In this document: piece by piece, positions 51,043 to 63,548 of the stretch
Layout: each line of letters begins with the position of its first letter
How positions within the stretch are numbered: position 1 is the stretch's first letter
Assembly (NCBI RefSeq): GCF_006345805.1
Contig: NW_021836149.1
Coordinates: 124,001-188,000 of the forward strand
From: Octopus sinensis
Lineage: Eukaryota
Direction: 5' to 3'
DNA: 64,000 bases
Notes under the pieces: generated by a model
Databases searched by the model: none
The model's input: the letters and a program-made list of their open reading frames with translations, nothing else
Told to the model about the DNA's origin: nothing
Made by a program: the position numbers and the translations under genes

Positions 51043-51748
51043 TTAATAGTAAAGCTAACATAGTAAAATGACCCTCCTCTCGAGGTACAACAATATAACT
51101 AAGGTATTTATTCTATGATGTCTGATGTATTTATTCTCTCCCATATCATCTGAAAGAACTGCAAAATAATAATGAAGTTCCTTTTCTTTAGCTTATATCT
51201 GAGATTATTGTTAATTTAACATTTCTATAATTGACATGTGCAATTCATATCTCTTCTTAGTATTGACTGATGAAATAAAGAAAGAAAAAAACTACAAAAG
51301 ATTACAAAATTTCAGAATAATTGTTCTTGTGTAGTTTGTTGAATTTCTTGTCAAAGAAACATGCAATTTGTATTAGTTTCCCATACACAGTCAATAAATT
51401 TAAAGTGTGTAGTAGTAGTAGTAGTAGTAGTAGTAAAAACTGCTCTTGAAATACAAACTCTCATGATAGTTTAGTTTCTTATGTATTTTCATTTCTCTCC
51501 TACAAATAATTCCAATATTTAATCAAGTACACTTGAGCAATACTTCCAGGCAAAGATACACTGCAAATTATTGCTGAACGTAAAGGAATATTCAACCAGT
51601 GGCTGATTCAGATTACTAACTTTTCCATCAAGTACAAAATTCTAATCCAACACTTTCATTGAATATAAGAACAATAACTGGTCTTACAACGTCATAATTA
51701 TCAGCAACAATGAAAATAATCACTACAGTCTCTTTTCTTATATTGTAG

Positions 51749-51830
51749 GTATTCAATAGAGAATTATCTTTTCTATGGTCATTAGACTTAGACTTTATCC
51801 ATACTTTAATGGATTTAGATAGGGTTTTAG
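51749..51830 (+). CDS. Candidate internal coding exon (VFNRELSFLWSLDLDFIHTLMDLDRVL)
   Basis: Acceptor gtctcttttcttatattgtag|, donor TTTAG|gtaatc, 82 nt open in phase 0 to 1, unique sequence. Confidence 0.4.
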
Positions 51831-51995
51831 GTAATCATACAAATCTCATTCCCTAGTAATCCTTTCATTCTGGTTTGTATATTATTGGTCTCTTTTGATT
51901 TCCTACTGAATTACAAGACAAAAACAGGACACAGTTTAAACATCTGCTGTTGACATAAGCATGTACATAGACAGGGTTAAAGACGCTCATACATT

Positions 51996-52300
51996 GTGGA
52001 GGCGCATCGCCTAGTGGTTAGGGCAGTGGACTCGCGGTTGAGGGATCGTGGGTTCGAATCTCAGACTGAGCGATGTCTGTGTTTATGAGTGAAACACCTA
52101 AGCTCCACACGGCTCCAGCAGAAGGTAATGGTGAACTTCTGCTGACTCTTTTACCACAACTTTCTCTCACTCTTTCCTCCTGCATCTTGCAGCTCACCTG
52201 CGACAGACCGGCGTCCCATCCAGGTGGGGAACGTATATGCCAAGGAAACAGGGAAACCGGTGCCTATGAGCCAGGCGTGGCTCGCGAGGGAACAAAAACA
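51996..52300 (+). mobile_element. SINE family C with ~10-bp TSD
   Basis: CTCATACATT (51986) and CTCATGCATT (52301); GGTTCGAATC B-box. Confidence 0.9.
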
Positions 52301-52714
52301 CTCATGCATTAACTCACACATACACGATGTCATCTTGAAGGATATAAAAGGACTGGCATGAGACTCCCAGTGATGGTGAGCACTTGTGAACCTGGTCAGC
52401 TCTATGCACAATAACACCCTTGGGACCACTAAAGGGGATGACTTCAGCCTCATCAAGTAAGAGCATGAAGCATTGGGATGTAATTGAATAGAATCCAAAA
52501 ACACACATGCTGATACACACACACACACACAAATACACACGCTGCAATTCAATCAGTAGTGAACACTACACCTATTAGAAAGTAAATGAATATGTCAATT
52601 TTTGCATTGAAGAGATTTTTACCTTCTAAATTCATAATGCAATTTTTAATTGTAAAATATGAATGAATGGAGATATTGAAATGCGTGTAGACATTATGAA
52701 ATTGATTGTTATAC

Positions 52715-53450
52715 TCTCTTTTACACTTCTACTTATTTCAGTCATTTCACTGTGGCCATGCTGGAGCACCACCTTTAGTTGAGAAAATCAACCCCAGGAC
52801 TTATTCTTTGTAAGCCTAGTACTTATTCTATCGGTCTCTTTTGCCGAACTGCTAAGTTACAGGGATGTAAACACACAACAATCGGTTATCAAGCAATGTG
52901 GGGGGCACAAACACAAACACATAAACACACACACATACATATATATACATATGATGATGATGATGATGATACGACGGGCTTCTTTCAGTTTCCGTCTACC
53001 AAATCCACTCACAAGGCTTTGGTCAGCCTGAGGCTATAGAAGAAGACACTCGTCCAAGGTGCCATGCAGTGGGAATGAACCCAGAACCATGTGGTTGGTA
53101 AGCACACAGACACACACACACATATATATATAGAAGCACTCCGTCGGTTATGACGACAATGGTCCCAGCTGATACAATCAACAGAACAGCTTGCTCATGA
53201 AATTTACGTGCAAGTGTCTGAGCAATTCACAGCTAAGTGTACCCTTAACGTAGTTCTCAGGGAGATTCAGTGTGACACAGAGTGTGACAAGGCTGGCCCT
53301 TTGAAATGCAGGTACTACTCATTTTTGCCAGCTGAGTGGACTGGAGTAATGTGAAATAAAGTGTCTTGCTCAAGGACACAACACGTCACCAGAAATTGAA
53401 CTCATGCCCTTACAATCGTGAGCTGAATGCCCTAACCACTAAGCCAGTTT
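52715..53450 (-). mobile_element. SINE-A (52715-53103) followed by a SINE-D/F-type element (53125-53450)
   Basis: Reverse family A sequence, a CA/TA microsatellite, then GAAGCACTCCGTCGGTTATGACGAC (reverse family D 3' end). Confidence 0.8.
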
Positions 53451-53704
53451 ATGTGAAACGTCTTTTGAGTGTATTCATGCACAACTAAAGCATGGAGTTT
53501 GGGGAAACATATGTAGCAATGCACTAATAGATTTATGAATTTCCAACCAAAAGTTCTTGCTATCACTGTACATACATATATATATATATATATATATGAG
53601 AGGAATTACCAATTTACTGAACCTTCAGATTTTAATATACTAGACCACTGGTTCTAAATTGATGTTAGTCAAATTAATATCCAATTTTTCACCCTCATTT
53701 TAAA

Positions 53705-53739
<35 letters not shown>

Positions 53740-54048
53740 CAACAGATGGATAATGGTTCATTCACTACAGCTGTTTCCAATGAGTTTTTTTTATTGATGA
53801 ATAGAAAAAAAAATTCATCAGTTGAATGTATACAGATTACACATTTAAGACATTCCAAAAGTCACCAATTTGTGCTACTTCATGATTTTTTTACTAGTGA
53901 TAGTCAAAAGAATTGTAATATACATGATTCCTTTTGTTTGACCTGGTCAGATGCTTAATCATTTAAGTACCTGATTCACTTAAAACCTGAACTCTTATAT
54001 ATATGTATGTTTGGATTAACTTTATTTATTTATATATATATATATATA

Positions 54049-54253
54049 GTTAATCCAAACACGAACAAAGAGAAAACACAACAATGCGAGGACGTGGAAC
54101 AAGTATAGTGTTATTGAACACTCAAGAAAGGAAATAAAGAAGGAGGATTTAACGTTTTGAGCAGAGCTCTTCATCAGAAATATAGGAAAAGAGAAAAGTC
54201 CAAGGAAGGGAAGACGGAGAAAGAAAATCGCCAACGATACACACACAGTCACA
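54049..54253 (-). mobile_element. Short hammerhead-bearing repeat inserted in (TA)n (probably PLE-derived, non-autonomous)
   Basis: About 205 bp bounded by TA runs on both sides; contains the hammerhead motif below. Confidence 0.6.
54148..54180 (-). ncRNA. Minimal type I hammerhead ribozyme motif
   Basis: Minus strand TTT-CTGATGA-A-GAGC-TCT-GCTC-AAAAC-GTT-AAA: CUGAUGA core, 4-bp stem II, GAAA mutated to AAAA, palindromic AACGTT stem III, stem I TTT/AAA. Confidence 0.65.
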
Positions 54254-54784
54254 TATTGAATATATATATATATATAGAGAGAGAGAGATAGAGATACATA
54301 TATGTGTTATATGATGTTAATGTACAAGTCACAGGAGATTAAAGTAGTTAGATGAAGTCACACAAAGGATAATTAGAGGATATATTATGAATTTAGTTAT
54401 TCAAGTTGAAATGATACAATCTATGAAGAATGGGAAGTATGCTAATGCGAAAACTGTCTCAAAGAAATGTTATGTCAGTAACGATGATAATAATTACATT
54501 CTAATCAAGATTAGTGCCTTCAGTACCTAAATTGAATTTGAAAATTGTAACATATTTTCAAGAAATGGCTGAATTTAAATAGCCAACTAACTCGTTGATT
54601 TACTGTTAATGACCAGAGGAAATGCAATACATACTCCTTATGAGAATGAGATTAAATTACAATCCTTCAATGAACTTAACTACAAGAGATTCCAGCATAG
54701 CTCATTACCTAAACATGAAATAATGTGAGAAGAATTAAATAATGAATGGATAAAATAGTTAAATACTTGAATCTTATAAATCCG

Positions 54785-55168
54785 TGTGCACACACACACA
54801 CATGCACACACAAGCACACACACAAACACACACACGCACATATGAGTGCAAGAATACATGCATTTACACACTCACACAAACACAAGCACTCACACAAACA
54901 CACAAACACACACACAAACACACACACACAAACACAAGCACTCACACAAACACACACACACAAACACAAGCACTCACACAAACACTCACACAAACACGCA
55001 CACACAAACACAACACTCACACAACACAACACACACACACCAAACACAAGCACTCACACAAAACACACCACACACACACAAACACAAGCACTCACACAAA
55101 CACACACACACACAAACACAAGCACTCACAACAAACACAAGCACTCACACAAACACCACACACACACA

Positions 55169-55214
<46 letters not shown>

Positions 55215-55645
55215 AGCACTCACACAAACACACACACACACACACACAAACACAAGCACTCACACAAACCACACACACACAAACACAAGCACTCACACAA
55301 ACACACACACACACAAACACAAGCACTCACACAAACACACACACACACAAACACAGCACTCACACAAACACACACACACACAAACACAAGCACTCACACA
55401 AACACAACACACACACACAAACACAAGCACTCACACAAACACACACACACACAAACACAAGCACTCACACAAACACACACACACACAACACAAGCACTCA
55501 CACAAACACAAGCACTCACACAAACACACACACACACACAACACAAGCACTCACACAAACACACACACACACAAACACAAGCACTCATACAAACACACAC
55601 ATGCACATGTGAGTGCAAGAATACATGCATTTACACACTCACACA
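54785..55645. repeat. CA-rich minisatellite (CAAACACAAGCACTCACACAAACACACA units) bracketed by a 43-bp direct repeat
   Basis: GCACAT(A/G)TGAGTGCAAGAATACATGCATTTACACACTCACACA at 54836-54878 and 55603-55645. Confidence 0.92.
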
Positions 55646-56484
55646 GCTCTACACACATAAAGTTAATCTGTCTTGAGCCTACATGGTCATTAGGCTGAAG
55701 CTTGTTCCAGTTTACTAAGCATGTAAAGGCTTCTTTCACTGAACTCCAGGCTTACTGAAGTAATACTTTCAAGGGGTTTTAGCCAATTATATTATTGTCA
55801 GTAATTGGTACTTATTCAATTGACCTCTACTTGTCAAGCCACTAAGAAGTGCAACATGAAATGCAAAACTAGTTTTGTTTTGACCACTATAAATGTAAGC
55901 ACATACACTACATATATATTAATATGTATTAGAATGAGTACTTAATTAAGAATTAACCCCAATTTGTCAACCTACAAAAAGACTTTGGTAGGGTTCCATG
56001 CTTTGCAATTAGGTGGTCACTAAGGACGCTCAAGTTAGCTGAATGGTTTGTAAACATTTCACAAGTCGTGCAGTGAATAATTAAGAAAAAAAAGCCCTTA
56101 TCCAAGTGGTGTTAAATTATGATATAAATGCTTTCTTGTTCTCTATTTGTCTGTTCTTATACAGAAGTAAAAAAAACAATCAAAACCATTTATTTTTATT
56201 TCCACAACAAATTATTTTCTAACATCCCTCTCTCTCTCTTTCAGAGAAGCACTGAGCAGCTATACGCACACATACACACACGGCAGTAACTTCCACCTAC
56301 CGAATTCAATCACAAAGCTCCGGTCGGCTCAGGGCTATAGTGGACGACAACTACCCAAAGTGCCACGCAGTGGGACTGAATCCCAAACCATGTAGCTAGG
56401 AAGCAAGCTCCCTAACCACACAGCCATACCCATTAATAATAATATGATAAGCTCATTGGATTCTGTCAAACCATCTAACTCATG

Positions 56485-58174
56485 CCAGCATGGGAGACAG
56501 ACATTAAATGATGATGATGATGTTGATGATATGTTATATCTTCTTTTATCCTTTTATTCTTTGATTTGTTTCAATCACTGGATTGTGGCCATGCTGGGGC
56601 ACTCTCTTGAAGGCTTTTTTAGTCAAACAAATCAATCCCTGTTCTTACATTTTTAAGTCATGCACTAATCTTATGAATCTCTTTTACTAAACCACTAGGT
56701 TATGGGGATATAAACAAACCAACGTCAGTCGTCAAGCTGCAATGGTGGGAAACAAGCTCACATTGATCCAAAGTCAGTGAGATGAGAGTCAGCAATGAGT
56801 TAAGCCATGAATTTGTCATTCAGGTAGAAGTTTATTCGGGTTCAGGTAGAGATTTATTAGCCCCCTTTTTTTTTTATTCATTATTGTCCTCAAATCTATG
56901 ACTGGCTGCTGATGGAAACTCCTGTAAGTTGGTGACATGGTTCTTATTGCTGAACCTGTGGTATAATTAAAGAAATTCTTGATATGGGGTAAAAACTAGA
57001 ATCAAGTGACTTGAAAGAAAACTAAGCAAATTCTAAAGTATTAGGAAAGAAGACAGTACATAGCTACTATCAGTGAAATGACCCCTAATTGATGATATGT
57101 AGAAAAGGAGATGGTAGAAAGACAATGCAGTAAAATCAAGGTAAACGATAGACATTCAAGAACTGTAGTGTAATCACAAATAGGTGAATAGAGAAGGTAT
57201 ATTTCACAGGTGGCAGGTGCATGGTGGCAAAAAGCACTAAATGCACAAACAGAATAGACGTTTTTAACCCTTTCGTTACCAACCCGGCTGAAAAAGGTTC
57301 TGGCCCTGTAGTACAAATTGTCTTGTTTTCATAAGTTTTGAATTAAAATCTTCCACCAAACCTTAGTCACAATTTATGTTCCTAGCACTAGCTGAATGAT
57401 AACTAAGTTATTTTATTAAATTCTTTGTTATATTTAACCCTTTCATTACCGTATTTATCTTGAGATGCTCTGCGTTTCTTTCAATTATTTTAAATATAAC
57501 AAAGAATTTAGTAAAATAACTTTGTTATCATTAAACTAGTGTTGGGAACATAAATTGTGACTAAGGTTTGGTGGAAGATTTTAATTCAAAACTTATGAAA
57601 ACAAGACATTTGTACTACAGAGCCACAGCCGGTTTCAGCCAGGTTGGTAATGAAAGGGTTAAAGTAATTTTAAAAAACACAGAGTATCTCAAAATAAATA
57701 CAATAACGAAAGGGTTAAATGCTAGAGTGGATCTCTGGTAGTAGGTGATTGCTTTTGATCTAATTAGCAGTGGGATGGGATCTTCTGAACATAGAGTAAC
57801 CAAGGTAAGAATGAATTGGGAAAAGCTTAGCGAGTCATTAAATCTTCTGGTAACAAAGGGTTACTTTCTTAGAAGGAAGGACTGCTTGTGTATGGAGAAC
57901 AATACTGAATAACAGTGAGATGTGGGCTTTCAAAGCAGAGAATCTACAAATACTAGACAGAAATTAAACATGTTTTTTTTTTCTGCTGAATATGTAATAG
58001 TGCACATGAATGACAGCTCATAAATATGCAAATAGGAAAACTGAACTCAAGTGGAGTCAGATGTAATGTACAAGAAAGAAGACAGTTTCCCACTCAATCT
58101 CTATTTCTTCGTCCACTTGCTGACTCCATAACCCCCTTCTCTCTTTCTCTCACTACCCCTCTCTCTCTCTCTCC

Positions 58175-58213
<39 letters not shown>

Positions 58214-58495
58214 CCTACCTATTTATCTATCTATACCTACCTACCTACCAGCATGGGAGACAGACATTAAATGATGATGATATCTTCTTTTATTCTTTGA
58301 TTTGTTTCAGTCACTGGATTGTAGCCATGCTGGGGCACTCTCTTGAAGGCCTTTTTAGTCAAACAAATCAATCCCTGTACTTACATTTTTAAGTCATGCA
58401 CTAATGACTTTCTTTTACTAAACCACTAGGTTAAGGGGATGTAAACAAACCAACGTCAGTCATCAAGCAGCTGTGGTGGGAAACAAACTCACATT
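56485..58495. repeat. Local direct duplication of a chimeric E-tail/SINE-A segment (56485-56764 and 58248-58495)
   Basis: Both copies share the same junction and private mutations (GGGGCACTCTCTTGAAGGC, AAGTCATGCACTAAT). Confidence 0.85.
57268..57714. mobile_element. piggyBac-type MITE containing a nested, inverted copy of the same family (57438-57658)
   Basis: Outer TTAA at 57264 and 57715; inner TTAA at 57434 and 57659; both copies have CCCTTTC(G/A)TTA TIRs; same family as 37880. Confidence 0.93.
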
Positions 58496-58529
58496 AATAT
58501 AAATATACACATATAAATGACAGGCTACT

Positions 58530-58760
58530 TTCAGTTTCTTATTTCTTTATTGCCCACAAGGGGTTAAACATAGAAGGGGACAAACAAGGATAGATAAAGG
58601 GATTAAGTCAATTACATCGACCCCAATGCCTAACTGGTACTTAATTTATCAACCCCGAAAGGATGGAAGGCACAGTCAACCTCGGTGGAATTTGAACTCA
58701 GAACATAATGGCAGACAAAATAATGCTAAGCATTTCACCCGGCATGCTAACATTTCTGCC
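58530..58760 (-). mobile_element. SINE family B
   Basis: Reverse family B sequence. Confidence 0.8.
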
Positions 58761-59353
58761 TATCAAATCTAGTCAAAAGTTTTTGGTCAACCTTATGCTA
58801 TAATAGAAGACACTTGCCCTAGGTGCCATGCAGTGGGACTGAACTTGGAACAATGTGGTTGTGAAAAATACTTCTTACCACTGATAGGTATATTCACTTT
58901 CCTCTGTTTTCTCTATCCTTGACTTTTTGCTGCTAACTGTGTGGCCACATGTATTACTGCATATGCATGTCAGAAAGAGAGTTTAATCATATTAAGCAAT
59001 TTCTTTAGCTCTAGTATATTCACAATCGGTAATGTTAAAAATCATTATTATTATTAATATATGTTACAAAAGAATTTGTTGTGGAAATAAAAATAAATGG
59101 TTTTGATTGTTTTTTTACTTCTGTATAAGAACAGACAAATACAGAACAAGAAAGCATTTATATTATAATTTAACACCACTTGGATAAGGAGTTTCTTTTT
59201 CTTAATTATTCAAGTTTATTGTATATTATTTAACTTCAAATTTTTGTTTGCAATACTATAATGATGAAATAAAACCAAACTTAAAACCAAATTAATAAAT
59301 CTATGTTATTAAATGTATATAATATAATATATTATAAAATAGTATGATATTAA

Positions 59354-59401
<48 letters not shown>

Positions 59402-59405
59402 CCAA

Positions 59406-59438
<33 letters not shown>

Positions 59439-59548
59439 CCATATACATTATGTATTTATACACATATCAATATGAATATGTTTGTGTATATATATATATA
59501 TATTATGAATGTATACATATAGATACATATATATCATACACACATATG

Positions 59549-59580
<32 letters not shown>

Positions 59581-60729
59581 CATATGCATGTTTGTGTGTG
59601 TATATATATGTATATATAAGCTACACCATTAGAATTTGAGATAATATGAATAGTGAATTTTGAAAAAAAAATTATTTTAGAGATAAAGTGAATTTTCTGT
59701 GAAATATGTAACATTTGAAAATAACATTTACAAATACCAAATTCAATATTCAATAAGTAAGTGAAAAGAAAATGAGATGAAATAGATATATTTGTTCAAG
59801 TAACTATTTTTAATACAATTCTTAACCATTAAGATAGAGAAGAACAGAAATATAGTCTGGCATGTTTCCATATGAATATATAGGTAGGAGTATTTGATTT
59901 TTAACTTTACATACCTATGTGCATATATATAAATACACACTCATGCACACACATATATACGCATATATATATATGCATGTGTTTGTGTGTGCTTGTGTGT
60001 ACATGAACACCACATTCTTATATATACATATATATATAATAGGTTTCTTTCATGCTCCATCTTCCAATTCTATACCAAATCTTTGGTTCCCCAACGTGCC
60101 ATGCTGCTGAGGATTGAAATCAAAACCACCCAGTGGGGAAGCAACCCTTTGAATAACACAGACATGTTTGCACCTATATGCATACTTCTCTCTCTCTCTC
60201 TCGATATATATATATATATATATTAAAGAAATGGTATAAGTAATGGTCTTTACATATTCTTTTATTCTTCAAATATCACAGTATAAATCTAAAGCTTATA
60301 AAGTATTTTGCCCAGATTGATAATCCCTCATTAATAGCACTTTATTGTATTATACATATATCATCATAATCATCATGTAGTTTTTTGTATATTGCACTAC
60401 CCATGAAGGGTTATGGCCGTGCTTTTACCACCTCCATCATGTTGACATTTATAGGTGTAAATGTGAATATACATGTATTATAGTATGTGTGATAGGTAAG
60501 TGTGGATTTCATTTCGAATGGGTTTGATGTTTTAGTAGCATTTTAATGTTCAATATTAGCTAAATTTTAAAGGATAAATTTCTAAGCACATGAACTATGC
60601 ATCTTTTAAAGTAAGTTTGTTTGCATTTGAGAATACTTAAACATTGTCCTCAAGTAAGTCAAATAAGTAATTTCTTTTTAGCAGTTCTATATATCTCATA
60701 AGAAAGAACAATAATATTATATATATATC

Positions 60730-60920
60730 TCATCATCATCATCATTTAACGTCTGTTGTCCATGCTGGCATGGGTTTGATGGTGTGACCTGAGCTGGCAA
60801 GTTGGGAAGTAGCACCTGACTCTAGTCTGATTTGGCATGGTTTCTATAGCTGGATGTCCTTCTTAATGCCAACCACTTTACAGTGTGTGTTGGATGCTTT
60901 TACATGGCACCTCACAGGCA
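60730..60920 (-). mobile_element. Family E 3' part
   Basis: (CAT)n tail plus reverse core. Confidence 0.75.
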
Positions 60921-62506
60921 CTTTTAAGTTTTTCCACATGGGTACCTTTACATGTCACAAAATGGTTGCCTTTATGTGGCACCACAGTGGTGCTTTTATG
61001 TGGTACTGCCACATGGGATTTACACCACCAGAAGGATCGGTCTTAACACTTCTCCTGGAGAGTATGGTTCTTCTTGAGTATGGCCAGGCACCAGGTACCT
61101 CAGTCCTTTGTCATCTCATTTGAGGTTTCAGCTTCCAAGGTCATTCCTTAGTACCTCATCCGATGTTTTCTTGAGCCTCCCACTTCCGCATGCTCTATCT
61201 ACTTTGAGAGATTGGCACTTCTTTATGAAAAAGCAGCATTTTAGACTTACAACACTCTTGCATAATAGCAACGATATGTACGTACTTGTGTGTCTGTGAT
61301 TGCACCCCACCACCATCACTCGACAACTGATGTTGGCATGTTTATGTCCCTAGCAGTTTGGCAAAAGAGACTGATAAAATAAGTACTAGGCTTACAAAGA
61401 ATAAGTCTTGGGGTCGATTTGTTTGACTAAAAAAAGGCAATACTACAACATGGCTGCAGTTAAATGACCGAAACAAATAAAAGAATATATATATATATAT
61501 ATATTGTGCCTTCATAACTCATTTCTAATGTGCACATTTTTGAACAATAAAGTTCTCGAAAAATACCATGTCTATAATATTCTTTTCTACTATAGGCACA
61601 AGGCCCAAAATTTTAGGGTAGGGGCCAGTCGATTATATCTACTCCAGTACGCAACTGGTACCTAATTTATCAACCCTGAAAGGATGAAAGGCAAAGTCGA
61701 CGTTGGCAGAATTTGAACTCAGAACGTAAAGACAGATGAAATACCACTAAGCATTTTGCCCAGTGTGCTGATGTTTCTGCCAACTTGCAACCTTACTCTG
61801 TGTATAATATTGCATATATTTTGGGTTTATTTTTTGCAAGTATTTTGATGTATGTGAAGGCACATGGCCTAGTGGCTAGGGGTGTTGTACTCATGATCAA
61901 AAGATTGTAGTTTCAATCCCCAGACTGGCAGTACATTGTATTCTTGAGCAAAATACTTCATTTCATGTTATTTCAATGATGAACTGATGTTCCATTCAGG
62001 AATAATGTTTGCCTGCTATCCTAGCGAAAGCAGTGTCATCATTCAAAAGCTACAACAAAGAGATGTAATGCATTCTGGCCAGTGGTGAATAAGAACATCT
62101 AACAGTCTGGTTGATACAGTCATACAGTGATTTTATATGTAGAAAATGTTTTTAATCTGTTGCAGTCTGAAAAGTTCATATGCTCTCAAATTTGAAACTG
62201 ACCTTTGAACTGAACCAGTACAGGCAGTAAAATTGTAACCTGGTGTTAATTGAAACTGTGGAAAGTCAACCAGTAAGGACAGGATATGAAAAACATATAA
62301 TGAAGAATATAAACACTTCTGTTTAATATTTTTAATAACGTTTTCTTTCAATAGAAATATTTATGGCGATGATTCATTATATAATTTTCGTATTTATGAA
62401 ACAAAATTGTTTTTCTTGTTTGTTTCTTTTCAGATATTTACACTTTGATAGATTACACTATGTATTAGCCTTATTGGTTATTTATTAAATTAATTTTCAC
62501 ATTCGT

Positions 62507-62915
62507 AGGAGTGGCTGTGTGGTAAGTAGCTAGCTTACCAACCACATGGTTCTGGGTCCAGTCCCACAGCATGGCACCTTGAGCAAGTCTCTTCTACTAT
62601 AGTCTTGGGCCAACCAAAGCCTTGTAAGTGGATTTGATAGAGGGAAACTGAAAGAAGCCCGTCGTATATATATATATATAAATAAATATATATATATATA
62701 CATATGTATGTGTGTGTATGTTTGTCCCCACAACATCGCTTGACAACCGAGGCTGGTGTGTTTACGTCCCTGTAACTTAGCAGTTCGGCAAAAGAGACCG
62801 ATAGAATAAGTACTAGGCTTACAAAGAATAAGTCCTGGCATCGATTTGCTCGACTAAAGGCAGTACTCAAGCATGGCCACAGTCAAATTACTGAAATAAG
62901 TAAAGAGTAAAGAGA
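62507..62915 (+). mobile_element. SINE family A (full length)
   Basis: Head, internal (TA)n, GTAAAGAGTAAAGAG tail. Confidence 0.9.
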
Positions 62916-63548
62916 GATTCAAGTAGTTCTATTTTTTTTATACAAAAAATATTTTTACAGTCTTGTCTTCCAAACCATCTTGCTTCACAGGACATAGATC
63001 TGCAAGTTGTGCATAAACAATTAATACATTGTCACCATCACAGAAAAGAAAAATATGTAGCATTATTATGGTAATCTTAATCCTTTGTAACACATCATTT
63101 GGCTTCAAGAATTCATCAACTAATTTCTGTTATGCCATCCTGAATGTAGGCTGGGATAAAAAGTATAACATTTAGTTCCATTGTGCTGTACTAACTCCTA
63201 ACATTTACATTTAAAAAATGGATATAAAATGCATAAACAAATATAATACATATATATATATATACCCACACACATATATATATGTATATACACACACATA
63301 TATACATTCACATATACATACACATACATATATACATATACATATATATAAAATATTATTAGAGACAAAACCACTATTTTGCAAAACAAACAAGGAAAGA
63401 CTTAATCATACATAAAATTTTAATAAATAGTCAAAAAAACCGCCACTACAATTGTTTCTTGTCTTGATCGACAATCTTCAGGTGGACTTCCAATAAGTCA
63501 GTTTCAAATTATATATATATATATATATGCTTAAAATATCTGGTGTTG

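Larger units (their letters stand above)
56074..59212. repeat. ~145-bp inverted repeat pair (56074-56218 and 59068-59212)
   Basis: CCTTATCCAAGTGGTGTTAAATTAT.ATATAAATGCTTTCTTGTTCT.TATTTGTCTGTTCTTATACAGAAGT.. occurs in reverse at 59068-59212 with few differences. Confidence 0.9.

Noticed and set aside
56824-56923. Exon ending at the strong donor CCT|gtaagt
   Set aside because: The phase-0 frame hits a stop after a homopolymer run, and the acceptor is weak.
57768-57804. Micro-exon (..MGSSEHRVTK) with AAG|gtaaga donor
   Set aside because: Not phase-compatible with the 51749-51830 candidate and too short to support alone.
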